A stretch of 64,000 nt of DNA from Lachnospiraceae bacterium (GTDB lineage Bacteria > Bacillota > Clostridia > Lachnospirales > Lachnospiraceae). The notes beneath the pieces are model-generated. The model made no database searches. It had not been told where the DNA came from and was given only the letters and a program-made list of their open reading frames with translations. The stretch is taken from positions 97,596 through 161,595 of the forward strand of contig JAZQOL010000002.1 in the NCBI GenBank assembly GCA_045627845.1, read 5' to 3'. Positions 30,191 through 40,786 of this stretch are shown one piece after another (positions within the stretch are counted from its first letter, which is position 1; every line of letters begins with the position of its first letter). The position numbers and the translations under genes are program-made.

Positions 30191-33100
30191 TTGATTTTGG
30201 GTAAAAAATTAATTATAACCGAGAAACCATCTGTAGCTAGAGATTTTGCTAGGGTTCTTGGCGTGAATGGCAGTAAAAATGGCTATATTGAAAATGACGA
30301 ATATGTCATTTCTTGGTGCTTTGGTCATCTCGTCGAGATGGTTTATCCTGAAGTGTATGACGCAAAGTATAAGTCATGGAGGCTTGAAGATCTACCTTTT
30401 CTTCCTAAGACATATAAATATGGAGTTATACAAAAGTCTAAAGACCAGTATGAACTTATACATTCATTTTTGTATAGAGATGATATTGATGTTGTTTACT
30501 GGGCCGGCGACTCGGGAAAAGAAGGTCAAACAATTGAAGAAAACATAAGAAATTTCGGTGGCGTCAGAAATGGCATGACCGAACTTCGTGTTTGGATTGA
30601 TTCGCAGACGGATGAAGAAATACTTAGAGGAATTAAAGAAGCGAAACCTATGTCCGATTACGATAAACTTGGTCGTTCGGGCATTATGCGAACAATAGAA
30701 GACTACAGTCTGGGAATTAATTTTTCCAGAGCGTTGTCAGTAAAATACGGAAAACTTATTAATGATGCTGCAGCAACATCATCTTATACCGCAATTGCCA
30801 TCGGAAGGGTCATGACCTGCGTCTTAGGTATGGTTGTTAATCGTGAACGTGAGATTCGTAATTTTGTTGAAACTCCCTTTTTTAAAGTTGACGGTTCTTT
30901 TTCTGATGTATGTTTTAAAGGTGAGTGGAAAAGTGTAGATGGTTCTAAATATTTTAATTCTCCCTTGCTTTACAAGGAAAATGGTTTTAAGTCTCGTGAA
31001 GATGCTGAAAACTTAATTTCTTTTCTTAATAATAAAGCAGCTTTTGTTCAAGAAGTTGACAGCTTTGTCAGTAAAAAGAAAGCTCCGTTATTGTTTAATC
31101 TTGCCGAATTACAGTCTGAATGTTCTAAAATTTTCAAAATAAGCCCAGCTGATACACTGGCGGTTATTCAGGAATTATATGAAAAAAAGCTTACAACTTA
31201 TCCGCGTACTGATGCCAGAGTTCTTACAACCGCAATTGCAAAAGAAATTTATAAGAATATAAAAGGATTGCAATATTATCCCCCTTTATCTGAATTTGTA
31301 AAAACTATTCTTGAAAAAAAGACATATCAGGGAATAGAAAAATCTTCATATACAGATGATTCTAAAGTAACCGATCACTATGCTATTATTCCTACCGGAC
31401 AAACTTCTGCTGTTGGTTCACTTTCTCCGATTCAAAAATCAATTTATGAACTAATATGTAAAAGATTTCTTTCGATTTTTTATCCACCGGCAGAGTATAA
31501 GAATGTAAAACTTCAAATACGAATTGAAAATGAAAAGTTTTTTTCGTCTGTTAAAGTATTAGAAAAACCCGGATATCTTGAAGTGGCCGGTATCCACAAT
31601 TCAAAAGAAAGTGATGAAGATGAGGATGACACAATATCTAAAGATGATTTTATTCATTTTTGTGAAACAGTTCATAAAGGTGATGAAATTACAGTAAATG
31701 GTTTTGCTATAAAAGAAGGCAAAACTTCACCTCCTAAAAGATATACTTCCGGTAATCTTATTCTCGCAATGGAAAATGCAGGAAATCTTATTGAGGACGA
31801 AGAACTTAGAGAACAAATAAAGAAGTCAGGAATAGGAACGAGTGCTACAAGAGGTGAAATACTTGAAAAACTTGTTCGTATTAAGTACCTTAACCAGAAT
31901 AATAAAACACAGGTTATTTCACCCGAAAAACTTGGCGAAATGATTTATGAAGTAGTTGCACTATCAGTTCCTAATTTGTTGAATCCGGAAATGACAGCCA
32001 ATTGGGAGATGGGACTGGAAGGTATTATTAACGGTACGGTTGACGATGGAGAATATAGAAAGAAATTAGAAGAGTATATTCGCCGGGAAACCGATAAAAT
32101 GATAAATTTTGATCTCACAAATCAGATTGCTTCAAATATTAATCAGTTTACCGGCAAAGATTCAAGAGGAATTGCATCAAGAAAACCGCTCGGTCTTGTT
32201 TGTCCTTTATGTAAAGGTGAACTTACAACTACTTCTTTTGGTTATGGTTGTACAAATTATTTTAATGAAGATATTAAGTGTAAGTTTAATGTTGGGAAAA
32301 TTGCCGGTTTAGATTTAAAAGAAGAGGATTTCAAAGAACTGATAACTAATGGCAAGACTCGTGTAATAGATGGATTTGTCGGGAAAAACAAACGTAATTT
32401 CAGTGCTGCTTTAGCGTTGAAAAATGATGATAATAATATTCCTACGCTTTTGTTTGATTTTTCGGACGTAAAGAATGAGATATTCCCTAATTTGCTGTGT
32501 CCTGTATGCAATGCTCCGCTTGAAAGAACTAATTATGGAATATCCTGTTCAAATAGAAAAAATGACGGGAAATGTTATTTTGTAATAGGAGAGATTGCAG
32601 GCAAGAAACTTTCGGACGATGAATTGATTTCTTTGATAAATCAAAAGAAAACTGATATTATCAAGGGATTTAAATCCAAAAATAATACTTCATTTAATGC
32701 GCGTCTTCTTCTTAGTGAAAATGAAGAAAATAAGCTTTCTGTTTCTTTTGATTTTACAGATGTCGAGCCCGATTATATTGAAGGTGTTGTTTGCCCTGAT
32801 TGCGGTAATAAAATCATAAAGAAGACTGTGGGATTTAGTTGTTCCGGATATAATGCAGATAATCCGCAGAGTTGTCATTTTTTTGTGGGTAAGTTAGCCG
32901 GTAAGTCATTATCACAAGCAAATTTGGTTGAACTTTTAAACGAAGGTAAAACAAAGACTATCAGAGGTTTTAAAAGTAAAACCGGAAAAAGATTTGATGC
33001 ATGCCTTGTTTTGTCAAAGAATGAAATTGGAAAAGCTGTTATTGGATTTGATTTTGAAAATGTTGAGGCAAAAGTTATTAAAGATGTTAAATGTCCTGTA

Positions 33101-33667
33101 TGCAATAGCGATATAGTTAAAACTTCATTTGGCTATGGTTGTAGCAATTACAATAAAGAAAGTCCTGAATCCGGTTGTCGTTTTATGTTAGGTACTGTTT
33201 CGGGTCTTAAACTTTCGGAAAATATTGTCAAAGAATTACTTACCAATAAAGTCACTTCTAAACTATCCGGTTTTAAATCAAAGTCCGGTAAACCTTTTGA
33301 AGCAAGACTTGCTCTCAATGAGAATGAGAATGGTATTGTGACAGGATGCAAGTTTATTTTTGACTCTGAGGATGAACTTATTCCCGATCTTAAATGTCCA
33401 AAATGTCAAAGTTCAATAATTAAAGGTTATAACGGTTATCGCTGTGCATCTTATTCAAAAGATGATAACGGTTGTGGATTTTTTGTCGGTAAGATAGCAG
33501 GTAAGCTTATTTCTGTTGATGAATTAAGACAATTGATTGATAATAAAGTTACCAATGTTATTACCGGTTTCACGAGCAAAAAGGGCACTAATTTTGATGC
33601 CAAACTAAAATTTGATGAAACATATAACATTGTTTTTGATTTTGATTACCCCGGTAATCAAAACTAA
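30191..33667 (+). CDS. topB: Type IA DNA topoisomerase (topo III-like) with five C-terminal Zn-ribbon/Toprim-C repeats
   Basis: LIITEKPSVA, WCFGHLV, GDSGKEG Toprim, GRVMT, TYPRTD catalytic Tyr, DHYAIIPT, GIGTSATR. Start may be TTG 30197. Confidence 0.9.
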   Translation: MILGKKLIITEKPSVARDFARVLGVNGSKNGYIENDEYVISWCFGHLVEMVYPEVYDAKYKSWRLEDLPFLPKTYKYGVIQKSKDQYELIHSFLYRDDIDVVYWAGDSGKEGQTIEENIRNFGGVRNGMTELRVWIDSQTDEEILRGIKEAKPMSDYDKLGRSGIMRTIEDYSLGINFSRALSVKYGKLINDAAATSSYTAIAIGRVMTCVLGMVVNREREIRNFVETPFFKVDGSFSDVCFKGEWKSVDGSKYFNSPLLYKENGFKSREDAENLISFLNNKAAFVQEVDSFVSKKKAPLLFNLAELQSECSKIFKISPADTLAVIQELYEKKLTTYPRTDARVLTTAIAKEIYKNIKGLQYYPPLSEFVKTILEKKTYQGIEKSSYTDDSKVTDHYAIIPTGQTSAVGSLSPIQKSIYELICKRFLSIFYPPAEYKNVKLQIRIENEKFFSSVKVLEKPGYLEVAGIHNSKESDEDEDDTISKDDFIHFCETVHKGDEITVNGFAIKEGKTSPPKRYTSGNLILAMENAGNLIEDEELREQIKKSGIGTSATRGEILEKLVRIKYLNQNNKTQVISPEKLGEMIYEVVALSVPNLLNPEMTANWEMGLEGIINGTVDDGEYRKKLEEYIRRETDKMINFDLTNQIASNINQFTGKDSRGIASRKPLGLVCPLCKGELTTTSFGYGCTNYFNEDIKCKFNVGKIAGLDLKEEDFKELITNGKTRVIDGFVGKNKRNFSAALALKNDDNNIPTLLFDFSDVKNEIFPNLLCPVCNAPLERTNYGISCSNRKNDGKCYFVIGEIAGKKLSDDELISLINQKKTDIIKGFKSKNNTSFNARLLLSENEENKLSVSFDFTDVEPDYIEGVVCPDCGNKIIKKTVGFSCSGYNADNPQSCHFFVGKLAGKSLSQANLVELLNEGKTKTIRGFKSKTGKRFDACLVLSKNEIGKAVIGFDFENVEAKVIKDVKCPVCNSDIVKTSFGYGCSNYNKESPESGCRFMLGTVSGLKLSENIVKELLTNKVTSKLSGFKSKSGKPFEARLALNENENGIVTGCKFIFDSEDELIPDLKCPKCQSSIIKGYNGYRCASYSKDDNGCGFFVGKIAGKLISVDELRQLIDNKVTNVITGFTSKKGTNFDAKLKFDETYNIVFDFDYPGNQN
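32198..33650 (+). repeat. Five tandem ~99-aa protein repeats (C4 zinc ribbon + topoisomerase C-terminal repeat)
   Basis: CxxC starts at 32201, 32498, 32792, 33092 and 33395 (period 294-303 bp). Each continues GxxC...CxF..G..AG..L.....ELL...KT..I.GF.SK....F.A.L.L...FDF. Confidence 0.9.
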
Positions 33668-33696
33668 TTCTGATTAATAATATGAGGACATGAATT

Positions 33697-34362
33697 ATGG
33701 CAGATATAAAAATACTTGATTTATTTAATACAAATGAAACTATTGCTAAAGAACTTTTGCTTTCGTACGAATATCCATGGGAAGTATTGCCTCTTATAAA
33801 AGATTTTATTCTTAAATGCGGAAATAATTTGTCTTTGGATGAATATGAGAAGAAAGATGAATGTATCTGGGTTCATAAGAGTGCGAAATTGTATCCTAAC
33901 TGCTATATTGCTGGTCCGTGTATTATTGGAGCCAATACGGAGGTCCGTCCCGGTGCTTTTATCAGAGGCAATGCTTTGGTAGGCGAGAATTGTGTGGTTG
34001 GTAATTCGACTGAACTTAAAAATGTTATTTTGTTTAATAATGTTCAGGTCCCTCATTATAATTATGTTGGAGATTCTATTTTGGGATATAAAGCTCATAT
34101 GGGTGCCGGTTCAATTACGTCTAATGTAAAGAGTGATAAAGCATTGGTTGTTGTTCACAATGAAGGTATGAATATTCCGACCGGATTAAAGAAGTTTGGC
34201 GCAATGCTTGGCGATAATGTTGAAGTCGGATGCAACAGTGTTTTGAATCCCGGAACAATTATCGGAAAATCAAGCAACGTTTATCCTACATCATGCGTAA
34301 GAGGAGTTGTTCCCGCTTTATCTATTCATAAAAATGATGGGACTGTGATCAAAAAAAATTAA
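33697..34362 (+). CDS. Stand-alone left-handed beta-helix acyltransferase resembling the GlmU C-terminal domain
   Basis: Hexapeptide repeats, EVRPGAFIRG, GNSTELKN, PHYNYVGDSILG, HMGAGSITSN, KFGAMLGD; no nucleotidyltransferase domain. Confidence 0.85.
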   Translation: MADIKILDLFNTNETIAKELLLSYEYPWEVLPLIKDFILKCGNNLSLDEYEKKDECIWVHKSAKLYPNCYIAGPCIIGANTEVRPGAFIRGNALVGENCVVGNSTELKNVILFNNVQVPHYNYVGDSILGYKAHMGAGSITSNVKSDKALVVVHNEGMNIPTGLKKFGAMLGDNVEVGCNSVLNPGTIIGKSSNVYPTSCVRGVVPALSIHKNDGTVIKKN

Positions 34363-34475
34363 CGAATTGACGGTTAATTACACTTTACTAATATAAAAAA
34401 GTACTGGATTTTTGAATATAATTATGTAACAATAGTGGTTGCGGTTATAATCACTTGAAAGGAGAAAATATATTC

Positions 34476-35180
34476 ATGATTTATTCTAAAGAAGTAGAAG
34501 AAATGTGCCCCGTTAAACAGGGTGTAAACCATGGTTGTGCCCCTATTCCCGAAGAAGCAAAATGGGTTAAGGCTAAAGATGTTACAGACATCTCCGGTTA
34601 TACACATGGTATTGGCTGGTGTGCTCCTCAGCAGGGTGCCTGCAAGCTTTCTTTAAATGTTAAGGAGGGCATTATTCAGGAGGCTCTTGTTGAAACAATC
34701 GGTTGTTCAGGTATGACTCATTCTGCAGCTATGGCGGCTGAAATTTTACCTGGTCGTACTGTTCTTGAAGCATTAAACACAGACCTTGTTTGTGATGCTA
34801 TCAATACAGCTATGAGAGAATTGTTCCTTCAGATCGTTTATGGACGTACACAGTCAGCATTTTCAGAAGATGGTCTTGCTATCGGTGCAGGTCTTGAGGA
34901 TCTTGGTAAGGGAACCCGTTCAATGGTTGGTACTACATATGGAACACTTAAGAAGGGTCCCAGATATCTCGAACTTACAGACGGTTACATTACAGGTATC
35001 GCTCTTGATGAAGACGATGAGATTATCGGTTACAAGTATGTAAACTTTGGTAAGATGATGGACTTCATCAAAAAGGGTGATGATGCTAACACAGCTATCG
35101 TTAAGGCTTCTGGCCAGTATGGTCGTGTACAGGATGCTGTAAGAGTAATTGATCCCAGAACAGATAAAGAAGTTAAGTAA
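34476..35180 (+). CDS. IscU/NifU-N-like protein associated with GGGtGRT
   Basis: GWCAPQQGACKL, ETIGCSGMTHS, DLVCDAIN Cys pattern. Start at 34476 after AAAGGAG. Confidence 0.8.
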   Translation: MIYSKEVEEMCPVKQGVNHGCAPIPEEAKWVKAKDVTDISGYTHGIGWCAPQQGACKLSLNVKEGIIQEALVETIGCSGMTHSAAMAAEILPGRTVLEALNTDLVCDAINTAMRELFLQIVYGRTQSAFSEDGLAIGAGLEDLGKGTRSMVGTTYGTLKKGPRYLELTDGYITGIALDEDDEIIGYKYVNFGKMMDFIKKGDDANTAIVKASGQYGRVQDAVRVIDPRTDKEVK

Positions 35181-35194
35181 GGAGGAGATTAAAG

Positions 35195-36214
35195 ATGGCA
35201 TTATTTGAATCATATGAAAGAAGAGAGCCCCAGATTCTTGCAGTACTTAAGCAGTACGGTATCTCTTCAATTGAAGAATGTAAAGAAATTACAGATGCTG
35301 CCGGTATTGATGTTTATCATCTTATCGAAGGCATTCAGCCCATCTGTTTTGAAAATGCTAAGTGGGCATATACAGTAGGTGCAGCAATTGCTATTAAGAA
35401 GAATTGCCGTAAGGCTGCTGATGCTGCAGCTGCAATCGGAGAAGGTCTTCAGGCTTTCTGTATTCCTGGTTCTGTAGCAGATACACGTAAGGTTGGTCTT
35501 GGCCATGGTAACCTTGGTAAGATGTTACTTGAAGAGAATACCGAATGTTTTGCATTCCTTGCCGGACATGAATCTTTTGCTGCTGCTGAAGGCGCAATCG
35601 GTATTGCAGAAAAGGCTAATAAAGTACGTCAGAAACCCCTTAGAGTAATTCTTAACGGTTTAGGAAAAGACGCAGCACAGATTATTTCACGTATTAACGG
35701 TTTCACTTTCATCGAAACAGAATTTGATCCTTATACAAACACTGTTAAGGAAGTTTACAGAAAGTGCTATTCAAAAGATGCTAACAGCCCTCGTGCTAAG
35801 GTTAACTGTTATGGTGGTAATGATGTATCTGAAGGTGTTGCAATTATGGGGAAGGAAAATGTTGATGTTTCTATAACAGGTAATTCAACTAACCCTACAA
35901 GATTCCAGCATCCCGTTGCAGGTACTTATAAGAAGGAAAGACTTGAAGCTGGTAAGAAGTATTTCTCAGTTGCTTCAGGCGGTGGTACAGGTCGTACACT
36001 TCATCCCGATAACATGGCTGCAGGTCCTGCTTCCTATGGTATGACAGATACAATGGGACGTATGCACTCTGATGCTCAGTTTGCTGGTTCTTCATCAGTT
36101 CCCGCTCACGTTGAAATGATGGGTCTTATCGGTGCAGGTAACAACCCTATGGTTGGTATGACAGTATCAACTGCAGTTTCTATCGAGGAAGCTGCTAAGG
36201 CAGGAAAATTCTAA
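35195..36214 (+). CDS. GGGtGRT-family protein (function unknown)
   Basis: Literal SVASGGGTGRTLHPD motif, AFLAGHESFAAAEGAI; SD AGGAGG. Confidence 0.92.
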   Translation: MALFESYERREPQILAVLKQYGISSIEECKEITDAAGIDVYHLIEGIQPICFENAKWAYTVGAAIAIKKNCRKAADAAAAIGEGLQAFCIPGSVADTRKVGLGHGNLGKMLLEENTECFAFLAGHESFAAAEGAIGIAEKANKVRQKPLRVILNGLGKDAAQIISRINGFTFIETEFDPYTNTVKEVYRKCYSKDANSPRAKVNCYGGNDVSEGVAIMGKENVDVSITGNSTNPTRFQHPVAGTYKKERLEAGKKYFSVASGGGTGRTLHPDNMAAGPASYGMTDTMGRMHSDAQFAGSSSVPAHVEMMGLIGAGNNPMVGMTVSTAVSIEEAAKAGKF

Positions 36215-36227
36215 TATATTAGTTAAT

Positions 36228-36261
36228 AAAACCGGTCATCAGTTATGATGGCCGGTTTTTT
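36228..36261 (+). terminator. Intrinsic terminator after the GGGtGRT gene
   Basis: ACCGGTCATCA-GTTA-TGATGGCCGGT followed by a T-run. Confidence 0.85.
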
Positions 36262-36271
36262 GTAAAAAAAT

Positions 36272-36296
36272 AAAAGCTCTTGTTCAAGAGCCTTTA
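36272..36296 (-). terminator. Intrinsic terminator for the minus-strand lipoprotein gene
   Basis: GCTCTTG-TT-CAAGAGC hairpin; T-rich tail on the minus strand. Confidence 0.65.
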
Positions 36297-36306
36297 TTTA
36301 AGTTAA

Positions 36307-36804
36307 TTATTGTTCATTAAATTTAATTGTATCATCCTGCGGATATTCACCATGAAGAAGTGTAATAATATATTGAACTCGTTTGTTTGCTCTTTTATAG
36401 CATTCCATCGATACTTCAACGGTATTTTCATTATAGGAAGTATCCGAATAAGCATCTTTTAAGTAATCATTAGCCTGTGTCATATAATCAGACGCCTGAT
36501 CTGCCAATGTATCAATATATTGAAATGTTTTAGGTACATTTTCGGTTGGAGCGGTAAGGCTTGCCATCTCTGAGTAAGATTTTTGAAGCTTATCAAAACT
36601 TTTGGATAATTCATTTACAGAACCTTGAGCTTCTGCATCTATTGAATTGATCTCTTTATCTATCGTTTCTAATTCATTAAAAAATTTCTCCATTGATGCA
36701 GTATATTCATTTATTTCTTTTTCGTTTGTTATTTTCTTTTCACAACCGGTAAAAAGTGAAAATACAAATGTCATCACCAGTATAACAACTAACTTTTTTT
36801 TCAT
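36307..36804 (-). CDS. Helical lipoprotein of unknown function
   Basis: MKKK + hydrophobic core + LFTGC lipobox; SD GGAGG before ATG 36804. Confidence 0.85.
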   Translation of the reverse strand: MKKKLVVILVMTFVFSLFTGCEKKITNEKEINEYTASMEKFFNELETIDKEINSIDAEAQGSVNELSKSFDKLQKSYSEMASLTAPTENVPKTFQYIDTLADQASDYMTQANDYLKDAYSDTSYNENTVEVSMECYKRANKRVQYIITLLHGEYPQDDTIKFNEQ

Positions 36805-36912
36805 ATGTCCTCCGATATGTAAGTTATTTATAATAGCTGATAAACTCACTTTATTAAGATATCACACTGATTATTTAAAATCAAATCATTATAACTTCTT
36901 TTGTATATATAC

Positions 36913-36942
36913 TTGCTCTATTATGCTTTAGTGTGTTAAAAT
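36913..36942 (+). promoter_or_regulatory. Candidate SigA promoter for ilvB copy 2
   Basis: TTGCTC, 18 bp spacer, TG-extended TAAAAT. Confidence 0.5.
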
Positions 36943-36979
36943 TTTACATTAGGAATGTTAGTATTTGTGAGGTCAATTT

Positions 36980-38596
36980 ATGAACGGTGCAGATGCAATA
37001 GTTAAAGCTCTTGTTGAAGAAAATGTTAAATATGTTTTTGGTTATCCGGGTGTGGCGATTTGCCCTTTTTATAATTCAATATTAGATTCAAATATAAAAA
37101 CCGTACTTGTTAGAACGGAGCAAAGTGCAGCGCATATGGCTTCGGGTTTGGCAAGAACTACAGGTGAAGTTGGAGTTTGTGCTGTTACATCAGGTCCCGG
37201 AGCAACTAATTTAATCACAGGAATTGCAACTGCGTTTGCAGATTCAATTCCGCTTGTATGTATTACCGGGCAGGTAAATTCTTCATTGCTTGGTAGTGAT
37301 GTTTTTCAGGAAGCTGACATAACCGGAGCTGTAGAGTCGTTTGTTAAGTACAGTTATCTTGTTAAGAATGTTAATGATATTCCTAGAATAATTAAAGAAG
37401 CTTTTTATATTGCTTCATCCGGAAGAAAAGGGCCTGTATTAATTGATATACCAATTGATATTCAGAATGCTCAGATTAAATCATATAAATATCCCGAAGA
37501 TATTTCAATGCGCACATATAAACCTACCGTTAAGGGGAATATGATGCAAATTCGTAAAATGATTAACGCGTTAGAAAAATCAAAGAAGCCTTTGATTTGT
37601 GTGGGTGGTGGCATTACCCTGTCGGGAGCAAAAGACGAACTTATAAAGTTTATTGAAAAAAATAATATACCTGTTGTATCTACTATGATGGGCATCGGCG
37701 TAATGCCGACAAAGCACCCTTTATATTATGGAATGGTTGGTAATAACGGTAAGCCTTATGCTAATAAAGCTATGATTGAATGTGACACTTTAATTATGGC
37801 AGGAGCACGTGTTGCGGACAGAGCGGTAAATCAACCTGATTTTTTGACTGATAATAAAGTCCTTATTCACATGGATGTTGATCCGGCCGAAATCGGTAAA
37901 AACTGTGGACCAACAATTCCGCTTGTTGGCGATGCAAAGTCTGTTTTTGAAGACTTGAATAAAGAAGATTTTGCAGTTAATTCTAATGCTTGGATAACTA
38001 CCTTAGATGAGTTTCGTGAAACACTTGTAACTAAAAGAGTTATAAATCCTTCGTATACCGATCCTGAACAGTTTATTAAAAGATTATCTGGCGAGATGCA
38101 GGATGATGGAATTTATGTCGCAGATGTTGGTCAAAATCAGATTTGGAGTTGCGCTTATCACGAAGTTAAAAGAGGTAATTTTTTGACAAGCGGAGGCATG
38201 GGAACTATGGGATATTCAATTCCTGCTGCACTTGGAGCAAAACTTGCTAATCCACATAGACAGGTAATTGCGGTGTGCGGTGATGGTTCTTTTCAAATGT
38301 CTATGTGTGAGCTTGCTACAATTAAGCAGGAAAATGCAAATGTTAAAATTATTGTTATGAAAAATAATTTCCTTGGTATGGTTCGTGAATATCAACATTT
38401 TACTTACAAAGATAATTATTCTGTTGTTAAGCTTACCGGTCTGCCAAAGCTAAATAAACTGGCTGATGCTTACGATATGGACTATTGTCTGATTTCCGAT
38501 AATTCTGATTTTGATAAGATATCAGGATTTATTAATTCGGAATCGTCCGGAATTATGGAAGTATTGATTGATCCTATGGATATTGTAAAAGCATAA
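36980..38596 (+). CDS. ilvB: Acetolactate synthase large subunit (copy 2)
   Basis: FGYPG, EQSAAHMASG, TSGPGATN, GPVLID, DVGQNQ, SGGMGTMGY, GDGSFQM...NN. Confidence 0.93.
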   Translation: MNGADAIVKALVEENVKYVFGYPGVAICPFYNSILDSNIKTVLVRTEQSAAHMASGLARTTGEVGVCAVTSGPGATNLITGIATAFADSIPLVCITGQVNSSLLGSDVFQEADITGAVESFVKYSYLVKNVNDIPRIIKEAFYIASSGRKGPVLIDIPIDIQNAQIKSYKYPEDISMRTYKPTVKGNMMQIRKMINALEKSKKPLICVGGGITLSGAKDELIKFIEKNNIPVVSTMMGIGVMPTKHPLYYGMVGNNGKPYANKAMIECDTLIMAGARVADRAVNQPDFLTDNKVLIHMDVDPAEIGKNCGPTIPLVGDAKSVFEDLNKEDFAVNSNAWITTLDEFRETLVTKRVINPSYTDPEQFIKRLSGEMQDDGIYVADVGQNQIWSCAYHEVKRGNFLTSGGMGTMGYSIPAALGAKLANPHRQVIAVCGDGSFQMSMCELATIKQENANVKIIVMKNNFLGMVREYQHFTYKDNYSVVKLTGLPKLNKLADAYDMDYCLISDNSDFDKISGFINSESSGIMEVLIDPMDIVKA

Positions 38597-38622
38597 TAAG
38601 TGAAAGATTTTGAGTGAAAAAT

Positions 38623-39111
38623 ATGAAAAAAATATATTCGGTAATGGTTGAAAACAGATCTGGAGTATTAAGCAAAGTTTCCGGATTGTTTGCCAGAAGG
38701 TGCTTTAATATTGATTCGCTTGTTGTTGGTGAAACTTTTGATCCGGAAGTATCAAATATGACTATTGTAAGCTCCGGTGATGAAAGAACACTTGAACAGA
38801 TTGAAAAACAACTTAATAAAAAACTTGATGTTATTAAAGTCAAAACGTTTAAGGAAGAAAATTCTGTTACACGCGAACTTATGCTTGTAAAAGTTAAAGT
38901 TAACAAATCAAACCGAAAAGATTTACTTGAAGTTTGCGAAATATGTAAAGCAGAAATCGTAGATATGAGTAAGAATCATTTTATGCTTCAGATTTGTGAT
39001 ACTCCCGATAAGATCAAGGCTTTTAGAAATATGTTAAGTGGAATCAGTGTAGTTGATGTTGCAAGAACAGGCACTTTAGCACTTCCCAAATGTAACGATT
39101 TAGAGAATTAA
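38623..39111 (+). CDS. ilvN: Acetolactate synthase small (regulatory) subunit, copy 1
   Basis: VENRSGVLSKVSGLFARR.FNIDSL, QIEKQLNK, RELMLVKV, VARTG. Start is ATG 38623 or GTG 38614. Confidence 0.92.
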   Translation: MKKIYSVMVENRSGVLSKVSGLFARRCFNIDSLVVGETFDPEVSNMTIVSSGDERTLEQIEKQLNKKLDVIKVKTFKEENSVTRELMLVKVKVNKSNRKDLLEVCEICKAEIVDMSKNHFMLQICDTPDKIKAFRNMLSGISVVDVARTGTLALPKCNDLEN

Positions 39112-39122
39112 AGCGATTTTTG

Positions 39123-39151
39123 TTGACTTTTGAAAACTGATTGGTTAGTAT
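39123..39151 (+). promoter_or_regulatory. Internal SigA promoter upstream of ilvN copy 2 / ilvC
   Basis: TTGACT (39123-39128), 17 bp spacer, TAGTAT (39146-39151). Confidence 0.7.
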
Positions 39152-39181
39152 AGTTAATAATTCATGTGAATGGAGTATGAA

Positions 39182-40730
<1,549 letters not shown>

Positions 40731-40750
40731 TTTGCAAATGGAAGGTATAT

Positions 40751-40771
40751 AGGGGGCCATTTTAGGCTCCC
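40751..40771 (+). terminator. GC-rich hairpin between ilvC and the cysK-like gene
   Basis: AGGGGGCC-ATTTTA-GGCTCCCT followed by ATTATTTT; possible weak terminator or processing hairpin. Confidence 0.5.
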
Positions 40772-40786
40772 TATTATTTTGGATAT

